Assembly: GCA_038736665.1 (NCBI GenBank)
Contig: JAVYMF010000006.1
Location: 1 to 20,388, forward strand
Length of the DNA: 20,388 bases
Origin: an archaeon
Lineage (GTDB): Archaea > B1Sed10-29 > JAJRYS01
Reading direction: 5' to 3'
Positions 1-6,960 of the stretch are shown piece after piece. Numbering within the stretch: the first letter of the stretch is position 1; each line of letters starts with the position of its first letter. Made by a program: the position numbers and the translations under genes. The notes below the pieces were generated by a model that saw nothing but the letters and a program-made list of their open reading frames with translations, did no database searches and had not been told where the DNA came from.

Positions 1-461
1 GCTACTTTGCATGTTCTCGGCGCGCAGTCAGACAGGGGATCAACGCATGACAGCGCTGCCTGACAGTCCGAGGGGCAGTTGTACGTCGTTTCGCCTATTT
101 CTGGCTCGCAAACGCCGTTGTTGTTGCAGGCAGACGGTATTGCCGCGCAGCCCGGACTGCCTTCGTATATCCCGCTCGAGTTCCCTGCTTTGCAGCAGTT
201 TATCGCTCCTGTGAATATCTCCTTGTTGTTCGCGGGGTCAACGCACTGCGTGTCGCACAATGAACACGGGTTGTTTGGGTTAGCGGCGCGCAATAATCGG
301 CATTGTGTCGCGGCTTCCTGACAAGAAGAATAAAGCACGCTCTGCTTGCCCGTGCCAGCTACTCCTGTCACTATTAATACAGTTACGCCCGCAACGATGA
401 GCACTGCCGCTATGATAATAAGATACTCTAATGAACCTTGGGATTTGATTTTCTTCTTCAT
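1..461 (-). CDS. Cys-rich secreted/surface protein with class III (archaeal pilin-type) signal peptide, paralog B. Its N-terminus is in the window and its C-terminus runs off the left edge (partial).
   Basis: Hand translation of the minus strand from ATG at 461..459 gives MKKKIKSQGSLEYLIIIAAVLIVAGVTVLIVTG..., with no stop down to nt 1. The N-terminus shows the K-x-QGS-LEYL + hydrophobic class III signal peptide motif. Residues about 40-110 are collinear with the next gene (LYSSCQEAAT.CR...NP..PC..CDT.CVD...EIF.GAI.CCK.GNSSGI.EGS.GC). The ORF is missing from the six-frame track only because it has no stop inside the window. Confidence 0.7.
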   Translation of the reverse strand, partial: MKKKIKSQGSLEYLIIIAAVLIVAGVTVLIVTGVAGTGKQSVLYSSCQEAATQCRLLRAANPNNPCSLCDTQCVDPANNKEIFTGAINCCKAGNSSGIYEGSPGCAAIPSACNNNGVCEPEIGETTYNCPSDCQAALSCVDPLSDCAPRTCKV

Positions 462-471
462 ATTAAATCAT

Positions 472-2034
472 TTAATATGGGCAAGTAACGCATGAACCTT
501 TAACGCATGTTAGTGAACCGCATGAAGTCGTTTCTGTCGTCGTGCTTGAAACGCACGAGCCCTCTCCATTGCAGGCGTATGTCGTTACACTCCTGCATTT
601 GCTTGTCGTACCCTTCAAAGCAGCACAGTTGGTATTGCCACAGCAATAATATGAGCTGTATGTCGTGGTGCCGCAGCTGGTTCCTGACACCACATTCGTG
701 TGAGAACAAACATACGACGAGCAGAGGTCGTTTGTGCAGGGGTTCCCGTCGTTACAGTGCGACGCAGTCGTGCATTGTACTACGTTCGGACCTGGGTTAG
801 GACCGGCGATTGTTTCGTTGAACCCGTCACTCATGTTATAATAATAATTGTGTGTGCTTATTGTTGAGAAAACTTTTTGGTAAATATAGTTGCATCCAGC
901 AGCGTAGTCAACGCATGACGGCGATTGCTTAGTCATATCATAAGTGCTTGTGCCGTCAATGATTACTCGGACAAAAGAAGGCGTTTTGTTGTCAGCGTCC
1001 TTGTAATAAACAGAGTAAGTGAACGTCGATCCAGCCGCGCCCGGGTTTGGAGTAACTCCGGCACCGTAGAATGCCGGGGCGTTGTTCGCGAACACTGATT
1101 TTGTTTCTGTGTCTTTCATGCCCTTGTTGTCAGTGACTGTCAGCGTTACGTCCCGGTAGCCTTGCGTCGTGAAGTTCCATTCTGCCAGCACTTTAAAGTC
1201 AATGCCCTCCCCCGAAAAATTCCAAGAGTACGAAACTATGGCGCCGTCTGGGTCGTTTGAGGATGTCGCGTTGAAACTGCACGTAGAACCAGTGCAGTTA
1301 TAAGTGAAAGCCGCATTCGGTGGCACGCCTGTGCAGTAAGGGTCGCCTGCGCAGTCTGCGTCTCCGCAGTCAATACGGCCGTCGCAGTCGTTGTCCTTGC
1401 TGTCATTGCACGTTTTTTCCGTTGCTTCTGTTAAGAGGCAGCAACCCGCTGTGTTGAATGCACAGTTGACGCAAGTAAGCGTTCCTGATGTGAAGCCTTG
1501 AGTGACGCACGTTTCGCCGTTTAGGTTGGTACCATCGCATTCTTCTGCGCCGCTGATGATATTGTCGCCGCATGTTGCCGGGCAGCCGTCGTTCGGAATG
1601 TCACTGCACGGCCCCCATGCTCCGCTGATGCATTCGCGCTTTCCTGGGCAGTTGGTTGAAGTATTGCATGCTAACGTTTGGCCTGGCGAACAAGATATCT
1701 CACCGCAACCCAACGAGCCCTCGAATATCCCAGAAGAGTTTCCGAGTTTGCAGCAGGTTATAGCCCCTTCAAATATCTCCTCGCCTGACGTCATATCAAC
1801 GCATGAAGTATCGCAGAAGTTGCAAGGGTCGTCCGGATTCACAAGGTGTTTCGCACGGCATTTTGTCGCTGCTTCTTGGCATGAAGAATAAAGAGCGGAT
1901 GATTTCCCTCCGCCAGCTGCGCCTGAAACAAAAAAGACAACGACCCCCGCAACTACTAGCACGGCCGCTATGATTATTAAGTATTCCAAAGAGCCTTGAG
2001 CATGCTTGCTCTTATTGCGCTTAGCCCGCTTCAT
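472..2034 (-). CDS. Large (about 520 aa) Cys-rich, N-glycosylation-sequon-rich modular surface protein with a class III signal peptide, paralog A. It contains a DUF4215-like 'CGDN..GEECDG.N' repeat, a MopE-like 'C.D..DNDCDG..DC' metal-binding motif, a PKD domain and a C-terminal Cys-rich region.
   Basis: The real start is ATG at 2034, giving MKRAKRNKSKHAQGSLEYLIIIAAVLVVAG. The track ORF 472..2073 is over-extended. A TATA-like box TATTTAAG sits 26 nt upstream. The PKD signature is SSNDPDGAIVSYSWNFSGEG...GYRDVTLTVTDNKG. The MopE-like motif is CNDSKDNDCDGRIDCGDADCAGDPYC. The DUF4215-like repeat is CGDNIISGAEECDGTNLNGETC. There are more than 10 N-x-S/T sequons, and the protein has no methionine-rich or hydrophobic core apart from the N-terminal helix. 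Confidence 0.8.
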   Translation of the reverse strand: MKRAKRNKSKHAQGSLEYLIIIAAVLVVAGVVVFFVSGAAGGGKSSALYSSCQEAATKCRAKHLVNPDDPCNFCDTSCVDMTSGEEIFEGAITCCKLGNSSGIFEGSLGCGEISCSPGQTLACNTSTNCPGKRECISGAWGPCSDIPNDGCPATCGDNIISGAEECDGTNLNGETCVTQGFTSGTLTCVNCAFNTAGCCLLTEATEKTCNDSKDNDCDGRIDCGDADCAGDPYCTGVPPNAAFTYNCTGSTCSFNATSSNDPDGAIVSYSWNFSGEGIDFKVLAEWNFTTQGYRDVTLTVTDNKGMKDTETKSVFANNAPAFYGAGVTPNPGAAGSTFTYSVYYKDADNKTPSFVRVIIDGTSTYDMTKQSPSCVDYAAGCNYIYQKVFSTISTHNYYYNMSDGFNETIAGPNPGPNVVQCTTASHCNDGNPCTNDLCSSYVCSHTNVVSGTSCGTTTYSSYYCCGNTNCAALKGTTSKCRSVTTYACNGEGSCVSSTTTETTSCGSLTCVKGSCVTCPY

Positions 2035-2055
2035 GCAAGAAAAGAAACAGAACAG

Positions 2056-2064
2056 GTATTTAAG
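2056..2064 (-). promoter_or_regulatory. TATA box for pilin-like gene A, implying a leaderless or short-leader transcript.
   Basis: Minus-strand CTTAAATAC is centred about 26 nt upstream of the ATG at 2034. It lies inside the 3' end of the signal peptidase gene. Confidence 0.45.
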
Positions 2065-2066
2065 CA

Positions 2067-2777
2067 TTAACAAGAAAGGGTGAACTCGTAATTCGTGCCC
2101 ATATTAGAATGGCCTTCGCACACGGGAATGACATCGCAGAAGAACAGCTTCACGTGCCCGAGCAGGGGAACGTGCCACAGGATTTTTTTGCCGACAAGCG
2201 AGCGCTGCGTGATAAGCGTTGACAGGCACGAGCCAGGGTTCTCGTCAGCGCACATAATAACGCTACCGTTTATCGAGCCGAACTGGTCCGGAACAGAGTT
2301 CGCGTCGCCTTTCGTCATCAAGTAGTAATTGCCGTTGTACTTGAATAATGCCATGGCACGGTGGATTACCTGCGCCCCTGACGGGCGCGCGTAATACACG
2401 ACCAGGTCGTTGGAAGCGTTAGCCTGGATTGTTTCTCCACCTGCTATTATTCTCTGTACAGTGTTGTTTTCAATGACTGGCTTGATGTCTGAAAAAGAAG
2501 TTATGCTCACGAGAGGCGCGTTAACGCTCGATATGTCAGTACCTTGGATTATGAGAATGTCGCCTATGTTGTAATGACCGCGCTCGGAGCATGACGAAAC
2601 GATGACCATCGGCGAGGACGTTCCAAGAATAGCTGGGAGCACGACGAAGTAAACCACTGCCGCGACGATGAAAGAAATAGCCCATTCGCGCAGCTCGTCT
2701 TTCACGCTGTACTGTTTCTTGGTTTTTTTAGGGAAAAAAGTCCTGAATATCTTGGAGGCTGTTTTTTTAACTTCCAC
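2067..2777 (-). CDS. Signal peptidase I, archaeal/eukaryotic Sec11 (S26B) type, with an N-terminal TM anchor and an unusual C-terminal Cys/His-rich extension.
   Basis: The catalytic region VSSCSERGHYNIGDILII aligns to Sec11 VLSGSMEPAFQRGDILFL with the serine nucleophile conserved. The histidine motif is VIHRA and the TKGDANSVPD motif corresponds to the Sec11 GDNN box. The start is GTG at 2777, immediately after an in-frame stop and preceded by the SD-like GGGGT. The C-terminal 70 aa carry C..C...H..H...C..C.H residues. Confidence 0.75.
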   Translation of the reverse strand: MEVKKTASKIFRTFFPKKTKKQYSVKDELREWAISFIVAAVVYFVVLPAILGTSSPMVIVSSCSERGHYNIGDILIIQGTDISSVNAPLVSITSFSDIKPVIENNTVQRIIAGGETIQANASNDLVVYYARPSGAQVIHRAMALFKYNGNYYLMTKGDANSVPDQFGSINGSVIMCADENPGSCLSTLITQRSLVGKKILWHVPLLGHVKLFFCDVIPVCEGHSNMGTNYEFTLSC

Positions 2778-2874
2778 TTAATAACCCCATTACGAACAGC
2801 TCTGGTGAACGCAGCTTGCGTTACCAGCGCAAGTGATGACGACTCCTGCGCCGAAAGCGCGGTGCATGCCGTTT

Positions 2875-3129
2875 TTATTTAATCAGCGATTTAATGTCTT
2901 TTTTCAAATCGCTCAGGGCATCCTTAAGAGCTTTTCTCGGCTCGCCTTTCTTCGTTCTTATGAAAAACGTCGGATGGCCAACGAGGGGATGTGGCACGTC
3001 ATACTGGGCGATTTCGACGTTCTTGTCTTCCAACAGCTTCGAAACGAGAACGCCAGCGAAAGTATGGTCCTCGCCCTGCAGCTCGAACTCCAGTTCGTTG
3101 TCATCCTCGCGGATTTTTTTGAATTTCAT
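2875..3129 (-). CDS. rpoL: DNA-directed RNA polymerase subunit L (Rpo11).
   Basis: MKFKKIREDDNELEFELQGEDHTFAGVLVSKLLEDKNVEIAQYDVPHPLVGHPTFFIRTKKGEPRKALKDA is a textbook RpoL/Rpb11 pattern (ExGEDHTLxNxL...HPL...P.F.I.T). ATG at 3129 is preceded by GGTGA (SD) 5 nt upstream. The track start at 3138 is a GTG. Confidence 0.85.
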   Translation of the reverse strand: MKFKKIREDDNELEFELQGEDHTFAGVLVSKLLEDKNVEIAQYDVPHPLVGHPTFFIRTKKGEPRKALKDALSDLKKDIKSLIK

Positions 3130-3139
3130 CTTTTTCACC

Positions 3140-3736
3140 TTACATTAATAGTTTTTCGTCAGCGTTGCTAAAATCAGAGCCGTAGCAGTCCGCGAGCTTC
3201 CGCGACTCGATGAAGCCGCATGCTGGGCAACGCAGTTTCACGCCATCTCTCTCAAGCGTGGTCCTGCAACGGGCGCATGACGCCTTGACGACTCCGAGCG
3301 ACTTGCCGTCGGTCGAAAGGGAGACCGTGTGCTTTGAAACGCCTGTGATTCGCGCTTTGATGATATCGCCGACGCGGAACTCTGAGTGCATAGTCTCGAC
3401 GTACGAGTTCTTCACGTCCGAAACGCGGAGAACCGCGGTTATGCCGTTGACCGCGTAGTCCACGCCGTTAACTCTCACAGGCATCAGATCTACCATGGCC
3501 GAGTTTTCGGTCACTTCAGCGACTTTTCCGAGGGTTATTGTTCCGACGCCCTGCAGCTTAGCCACGCGCGTTCTTACGTTCAATCTTGCCAAGTGATTCT
3601 TGGCGTCAAGCACCGGCTCGCCGATGTTCGATGAGAGCACGTCGTCGTCCTTCGCGTACGTGCCGAACCCTGGCAGGTATTCTACACTGTTCCCTAATAG
3701 TTCGCCTGGAACAACCGTTTTCTTACCATCAGACAT
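3140..3736 (-). CDS. csl4: Exosome complex RNA-binding subunit Csl4 (N-terminal domain + S1 domain + C-terminal zinc ribbon).
   Basis: MSDGKKTVVPGELLG... is followed by an S1-like beta-barrel. The C-terminus has C-x2-C...C-x2-C (CARCRTT...CPACG), typical of the Csl4 Zn-ribbon. csl4-rpoL linkage is conserved in archaea. ATG is at 3736 (GTG at 3742 also possible). The stop is 10 nt before the rpoL ATG. Confidence 0.8.
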   Translation of the reverse strand: MSDGKKTVVPGELLGNSVEYLPGFGTYAKDDDVLSSNIGEPVLDAKNHLARLNVRTRVAKLQGVGTITLGKVAEVTENSAMVDLMPVRVNGVDYAVNGITAVLRVSDVKNSYVETMHSEFRVGDIIKARITGVSKHTVSLSTDGKSLGVVKASCARCRTTLERDGVKLRCPACGFIESRKLADCYGSDFSNADEKLLM

Positions 3737-3783
3737 AAACACAACTCATTTAGAACAAGTGCAGTTAATTCTGTCAAACATTG

Positions 3784-3791
3784 TTTATAAA
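3784..3791. promoter_or_regulatory. TATA box in the divergent csl4 / GTPase intergenic region.
   Basis: TTTATAAA is near-palindromic. It lies about 32 nt upstream of the GTPase ATG (3823) and about 45 nt upstream of the csl4 ATG. Confidence 0.5.
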
Positions 3792-3822
3792 CGTTATCAA
3801 ACATAAAAAAACAGAGATAATC

Positions 3823-5022
3823 ATGAAAATAGGCATAGTGGGCAAGCCGTCCTGTGGAAAATCAACTTTTTTTAAGGCCGCGACGCTCGTTGACGTCGCG
3901 ATAGCCGCGTATCCTTTCACGACCATAAGCCCGAACTTCGGCGTGAGCTACGTGCGCGTGAAATGCGTCGAGAGCGAGTTCAACGTGCGCTGCAACCCGC
4001 GGCAGGGCTACTGCGAGAAAGGCGTCCGTTACGTGCCTGTCGAGCTCGTCGACGTCGCCGGCTTAGTCCCTGGAGCCCACGAAGGAAAAGGCCTAGGCAA
4101 CCAGTTTTTGAACGACTTGAACATGGCAGACGTGCTAATTCACGTTGTGGACGCAAGCGGCTCGGCAAACGAGCGCGGTGAAATAGGCGCACCGGGCTCG
4201 TACGACCCAGCGAATGACGTAAGATTCTTGGAAAACGAGCTAGATATGTGGTACTTCAGCGTGCTGAAGAAAGGCTGGGAAAAGTTCGCCAAAAAAGCCG
4301 CGAATATGAAGACAAGCGTTCAAGAGCAATTAGCCCAACAGATGTCCGCTTTCAACGTCAAATCTTTTATGGTTGAGGAAGCGATGAAAATACTCGCGTT
4401 ACCTGAAAATCCAGCGCATTGGACAGATGAACAGCTGAAAGAGCTCGCGATTAACTTGCGCCGCGTCACGAAACCTATACTCATCGCGTGCAACAAAATT
4501 GACCTGCCGAAAGCCGGAGAGAACTACGAGCGCCTGAAAAAAGAATTCCCTGAGTATTATTTCACGCCCTGCTCGGCGGCGTCAGAATTAGCGCTGCGCG
4601 AAGCCGCGAAACGAGGCGTGATTAAATACAACTCAGGGGACAGCGACTTTGAAATAATAAACAAAAACGCAATGACTCCTGAGCAGTCTAAAGGACTGGA
4701 ATTCATCCGCGAGAGCATACTGAAAAAGTACGGGTCCACAGGCGTTCAAGCAACGCTGGACGCGGCGGTTTTCGACTTCTTGAAGTACATCGCCGTGTTC
4801 CCCGGCGGCGTGAACAAGCTCGCGGACAGCCAGGGAAGGGTCTTGCCTGACGTGTTCCTGATGCCGCCTGGCACGACAGCGTATGATTTCGCCGCAAGGA
4901 TTCACACTGATTTCGCGAAGAACTTCCTGTACGCCGTAGATGTGCGCTCCAAGATGAAAATAAAGCGAGAGCACGCCCTGAAAAACCGAGACGTGATTGA
5001 AATAATTTCAGCGGCCAAGTGA
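3823..5022 (+). CDS. Obg-family GTPase/ATPase of the YchF/OLA1 type, with a C-terminal TGS domain.
   Basis: The P-loop is [17 protein letters not shown] and the G3 motif is DVAGLV. The C-terminal [17 protein letters not shown] matches the YchF TGS region (E. coli KIHTDFEKGFIRA). ATG at 3823 has a TATA box (TTTATAAA, 3784..3791) about 32 nt upstream. Confidence 0.8.
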   Translation: MKIGIVGKPSCGKSTFFKAATLVDVAIAAYPFTTISPNFGVSYVRVKCVESEFNVRCNPRQGYCEKGVRYVPVELVDVAGLVPGAHEGKGLGNQFLNDLNMADVLIHVVDASGSANERGEIGAPGSYDPANDVRFLENELDMWYFSVLKKGWEKFAKKAANMKTSVQEQLAQQMSAFNVKSFMVEEAMKILALPENPAHWTDEQLKELAINLRRVTKPILIACNKIDLPKAGENYERLKKEFPEYYFTPCSAASELALREAAKRGVIKYNSGDSDFEIINKNAMTPEQSKGLEFIRESILKKYGSTGVQATLDAAVFDFLKYIAVFPGGVNKLADSQGRVLPDVFLMPPGTTAYDFAARIHTDFAKNFLYAVDVRSKMKIKREHALKNRDVIEIISAAK

Positions 5023-5364
5023 CTGCTGGATGTCGCTGACGTCAACGCCGTCGGCATCAGCGTCGCTTATATACTCTTTTTCTGATAGCATGTCGCGCTC
5101 GTCATCGGACGCCGTTTCGTATGACGAACTTTCACTGTTCTGCGGTGGTTGAGTCGTTTCCGAGCTTTTGTTTTTTATGAGGCTGAGGGCGTAAAAGTAG
5201 TTCTTGACAAGCGATTCGATGCTTTTGTCTCGCGAGTCGCGCGCGTGTATTTCGACGAGGCGCAGCGCGATTTCCTCATCTGAAAGCTGGCTGGCCGCGC
5301 CAGGCGATGCCTGGGAGCTGCTCGCGCTTTCGTAATTGACCGGCGTTTCAAGTATATCAAACAT
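5008..5364 (-). CDS. Small acidic Ser/Asp/Glu-rich hypothetical protein.
   Basis: The ORF is 118 aa and has TTATTATATA (TATA) 28 nt upstream of its ATG at 5364, on the minus strand. It is convergent with, and overlaps by 15 nt, the 3' end of the GTPase gene. I recognise no family. Confidence 0.4.
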   Translation of the reverse strand: MFDILETPVNYESASSSQASPGAASQLSDEEIALRLVEIHARDSRDKSIESLVKNYFYALSLIKNKSSETTQPPQNSESSSYETASDDERDMLSEKEYISDADADGVDVSDIQQSLGR

Positions 5365-5386
5365 GAGTAATGAAAACGCGGAATCA

Positions 5387-5399
5387 GTATATAATAATT
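5387..5399 (-). promoter_or_regulatory. TATA box for the acidic small protein gene.
   Basis: Minus-strand TTATTATATA is centred about 28 nt upstream of the ATG at 5364. Confidence 0.4.
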
Positions 5400-5406
5400 A
5401 GTACAG

Positions 5407-6186
5407 CTAGTACAGCCCGAACTCTTCAAGCAGCGCTAGTTCCTGCAGGGAGACTTTCTCGCCTTTCTTGAAACGCTCGAAGACCTCTTTGGCTTTTTCC
5501 TCCAGCTTTTTCCTCTGCTCGTCTTTGATTTCCTTCTTTTCTTTCTCGATGGCTGCTTTTTCTTCCGTCCTTTTCCTGCGAGTCGTCTCGATGGCTTCGC
5601 CCAGCTTCGCGCGGACTTCAGCGATTTTCTCGTTTTTTTCCTTGAGCTTTTTCTCCAGCTTGTCTTTTTCCTCGAACAATCTAACTAGTTCTTGGTGGTG
5701 CTTTTCGCTTTCAGCTGCGTTCAACAGCACGGTTTCGTGCGACGCCGAAGCATCGTCCCTCAGCTTGCGCAGCTCCTTGAGCATTTTGTAGTGCTCTTTT
5801 TTGACGTCCCGGAATCCTTTTGACTGCTCTAACTGGCGCTCGAGCTCGTCTAACCTTTTTACTATCTTTTTTTCAGCCGCAGGAGAGAACACGTCCGTCT
5901 GGTAGCGCCAGTTCAGCTCCTCGTATTCCTTGCTTATCTGCGAGTACGAGCCTAGCCCTTCAGACATTTTCTCAAGCTCTTTGTCAAGGCGCTTCAGCTT
6001 CGAGCGGACGTCCGCGACCTGGTCGAGTATCCTCTCTCTTTTTTCCTTGGCTTCTTTGACTTTCGCGTTGTTAGCGTCCCGAGCTTTTTTCTCGGTTTTG
6101 TACTTCTCGTAGTTTTCGTTAAGCGCTGAAATAAGCGCTTTTTTTTCTTCAACGAGCTTGTCCAGTTCCCTCCTAAGGTCTTCCAT
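5407..6186 (-). CDS. Soluble K/E/R-rich coiled-coil protein (family not recognised with certainty).
   Basis: The ORF is 259 aa, almost entirely heptad-like charged sequence, and ends ...LQELALLEEFGLY. Its ATG lies 6 nt after the stop of the upstream gene, so the two look like an operon. The strong, non-random charge periodicity argues for real coding sequence. Confidence 0.6.
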   Translation of the reverse strand: MEDLRRELDKLVEEKKALISALNENYEKYKTEKKARDANNAKVKEAKEKRERILDQVADVRSKLKRLDKELEKMSEGLGSYSQISKEYEELNWRYQTDVFSPAAEKKIVKRLDELERQLEQSKGFRDVKKEHYKMLKELRKLRDDASASHETVLLNAAESEKHHQELVRLFEEKDKLEKKLKEKNEKIAEVRAKLGEAIETTRRKRTEEKAAIEKEKKEIKDEQRKKLEEKAKEVFERFKKGEKVSLQELALLEEFGLY

Positions 6187-6192
6187 TAAGAA

Positions 6193-6924
6193 TCACACGA
6201 CGTCCTTTTCCTTCACGAGCTCTTGAATGGAGCCCTCTTCTTCTTTCCTCTTGCGGTCGAGGAACTCCAGGCCTATTTTTTCGAGCTGCTTCTGGCCTGC
6301 CATGTAAATGCGCAACCCTGTGTTAAGCGACGCGAAAGACACGACTGCGAGCACGGCACACGCGAGCACGTAAATGAAAAAATAAATATCCATCGGGTAC
6401 CTGTTAACTATCGAGTCCACTATGTAAGCCCCGAAGTAAACCACCGCAAGCGCTGAGAACAGCCCAACTATCATCAGGCCTAACGACATCATTTTTTGCG
6501 TGGCCCCGCTTATCCTCAGCAGGTCTATTTTGTCCTGCATCTTGCGCAGTTCCGTTTCTTCTTTGAGCTTCAGGCTGACGAGCTCGCTTTTCAGCAAGTC
6601 CAGCTCGCGCTTTTCCTCGGCGACGCGCTTGTCTGTGTAGTCCTTCTGCTCCATGAGCTTAAGGTCCTGCTGGAGCGCGAACTCTTTCTTGATTTCCTCT
6701 AATTTTTCTTCCGCCTTTTCGCGGATTTTCTTGTCTACTATCGAGTCAAGCTTTTCAGCCAGCGACTGCTCGAATTCTGTCTTGGCTTTCTTGAGAACGC
6801 CCTTTGCTGCCGATTCGCTCAAACCGCTCTGTTGGAGAGTTATGAGTATGTTCTGCTCTGACACGTTCTGGGCGAGCATTTCGATTACGATGTCGGTAAG
6901 TTTGCGCACGTCAACAGAAGCCAT
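6193..6924 (-). CDS. Membrane protein with an N-terminal helical domain, a long coiled coil, two C-terminal TM helices and a short charged tail.
   Basis: The ORF is 243 aa, running MASVDVRKLTDIVIEMLAQ... through a coiled coil to ...MMSLGLMIVGLFSALAVVYFGAYIV...IYFFIYVLACAVLAVVSFASL. It has an ATG start and is co-directional and adjacent with the coiled-coil gene downstream. Confidence 0.6.
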   Translation of the reverse strand: MASVDVRKLTDIVIEMLAQNVSEQNILITLQQSGLSESAAKGVLKKAKTEFEQSLAEKLDSIVDKKIREKAEEKLEEIKKEFALQQDLKLMEQKDYTDKRVAEEKRELDLLKSELVSLKLKEETELRKMQDKIDLLRISGATQKMMSLGLMIVGLFSALAVVYFGAYIVDSIVNRYPMDIYFFIYVLACAVLAVVSFASLNTGLRIYMAGQKQLEKIGLEFLDRKRKEEEGSIQELVKEKDVV

Positions 6925-6960
6925 TAAGCAATCCCACTCGCGAACCGTATTTAATAGTAA

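Noticed and set aside
79-1891. Plus-strand ORFs 11..214, 79..321, 507..800 and 1502..1891.
   Set aside because: They are antisense to the two pilin-like Cys-rich genes, whose Cys spacing, PKD signature and paralogy firmly establish the minus strand as coding.
2035-2073. N-terminal extension of the pilin-like ORF in the track (MLMLKYLFCFFSC...).
   Set aside because: The extension runs across the TATA box and into the preceding gene's 3' end. The class III signal peptide must sit at the extreme N-terminus to be processed, so ATG at 2034 is the start.
2778-2874. 97-nt spacer between the signal peptidase start and the rpoL stop, checked for a tRNA/ncRNA or terminator.
   Set aside because: It contains only a weak GCGC-tttc-GGCGC hairpin, with no cloverleaf-compatible structure and no oligo-T tract on the transcribed strand. 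The most likely reading is read-through from rpoL into the signal peptidase gene.
3963-4192. Arg-rich ORFs on both strands (72 and 70 aa) inside the GTPase gene.
   Set aside because: These are alternative-frame artefacts of a GC-rich stretch (CGC/GCG-rich) within the YchF coding sequence.
5468-6112. Plus-strand Ser/Phe/Leu-rich ORFs (107, 79 and 60 aa).
   Set aside because: These are the antisense reading of the K/E-rich coiled-coil gene. AAG/GAA codons read backwards as CTT/TTC, giving an artefactual S/F/L-rich 'protein'.
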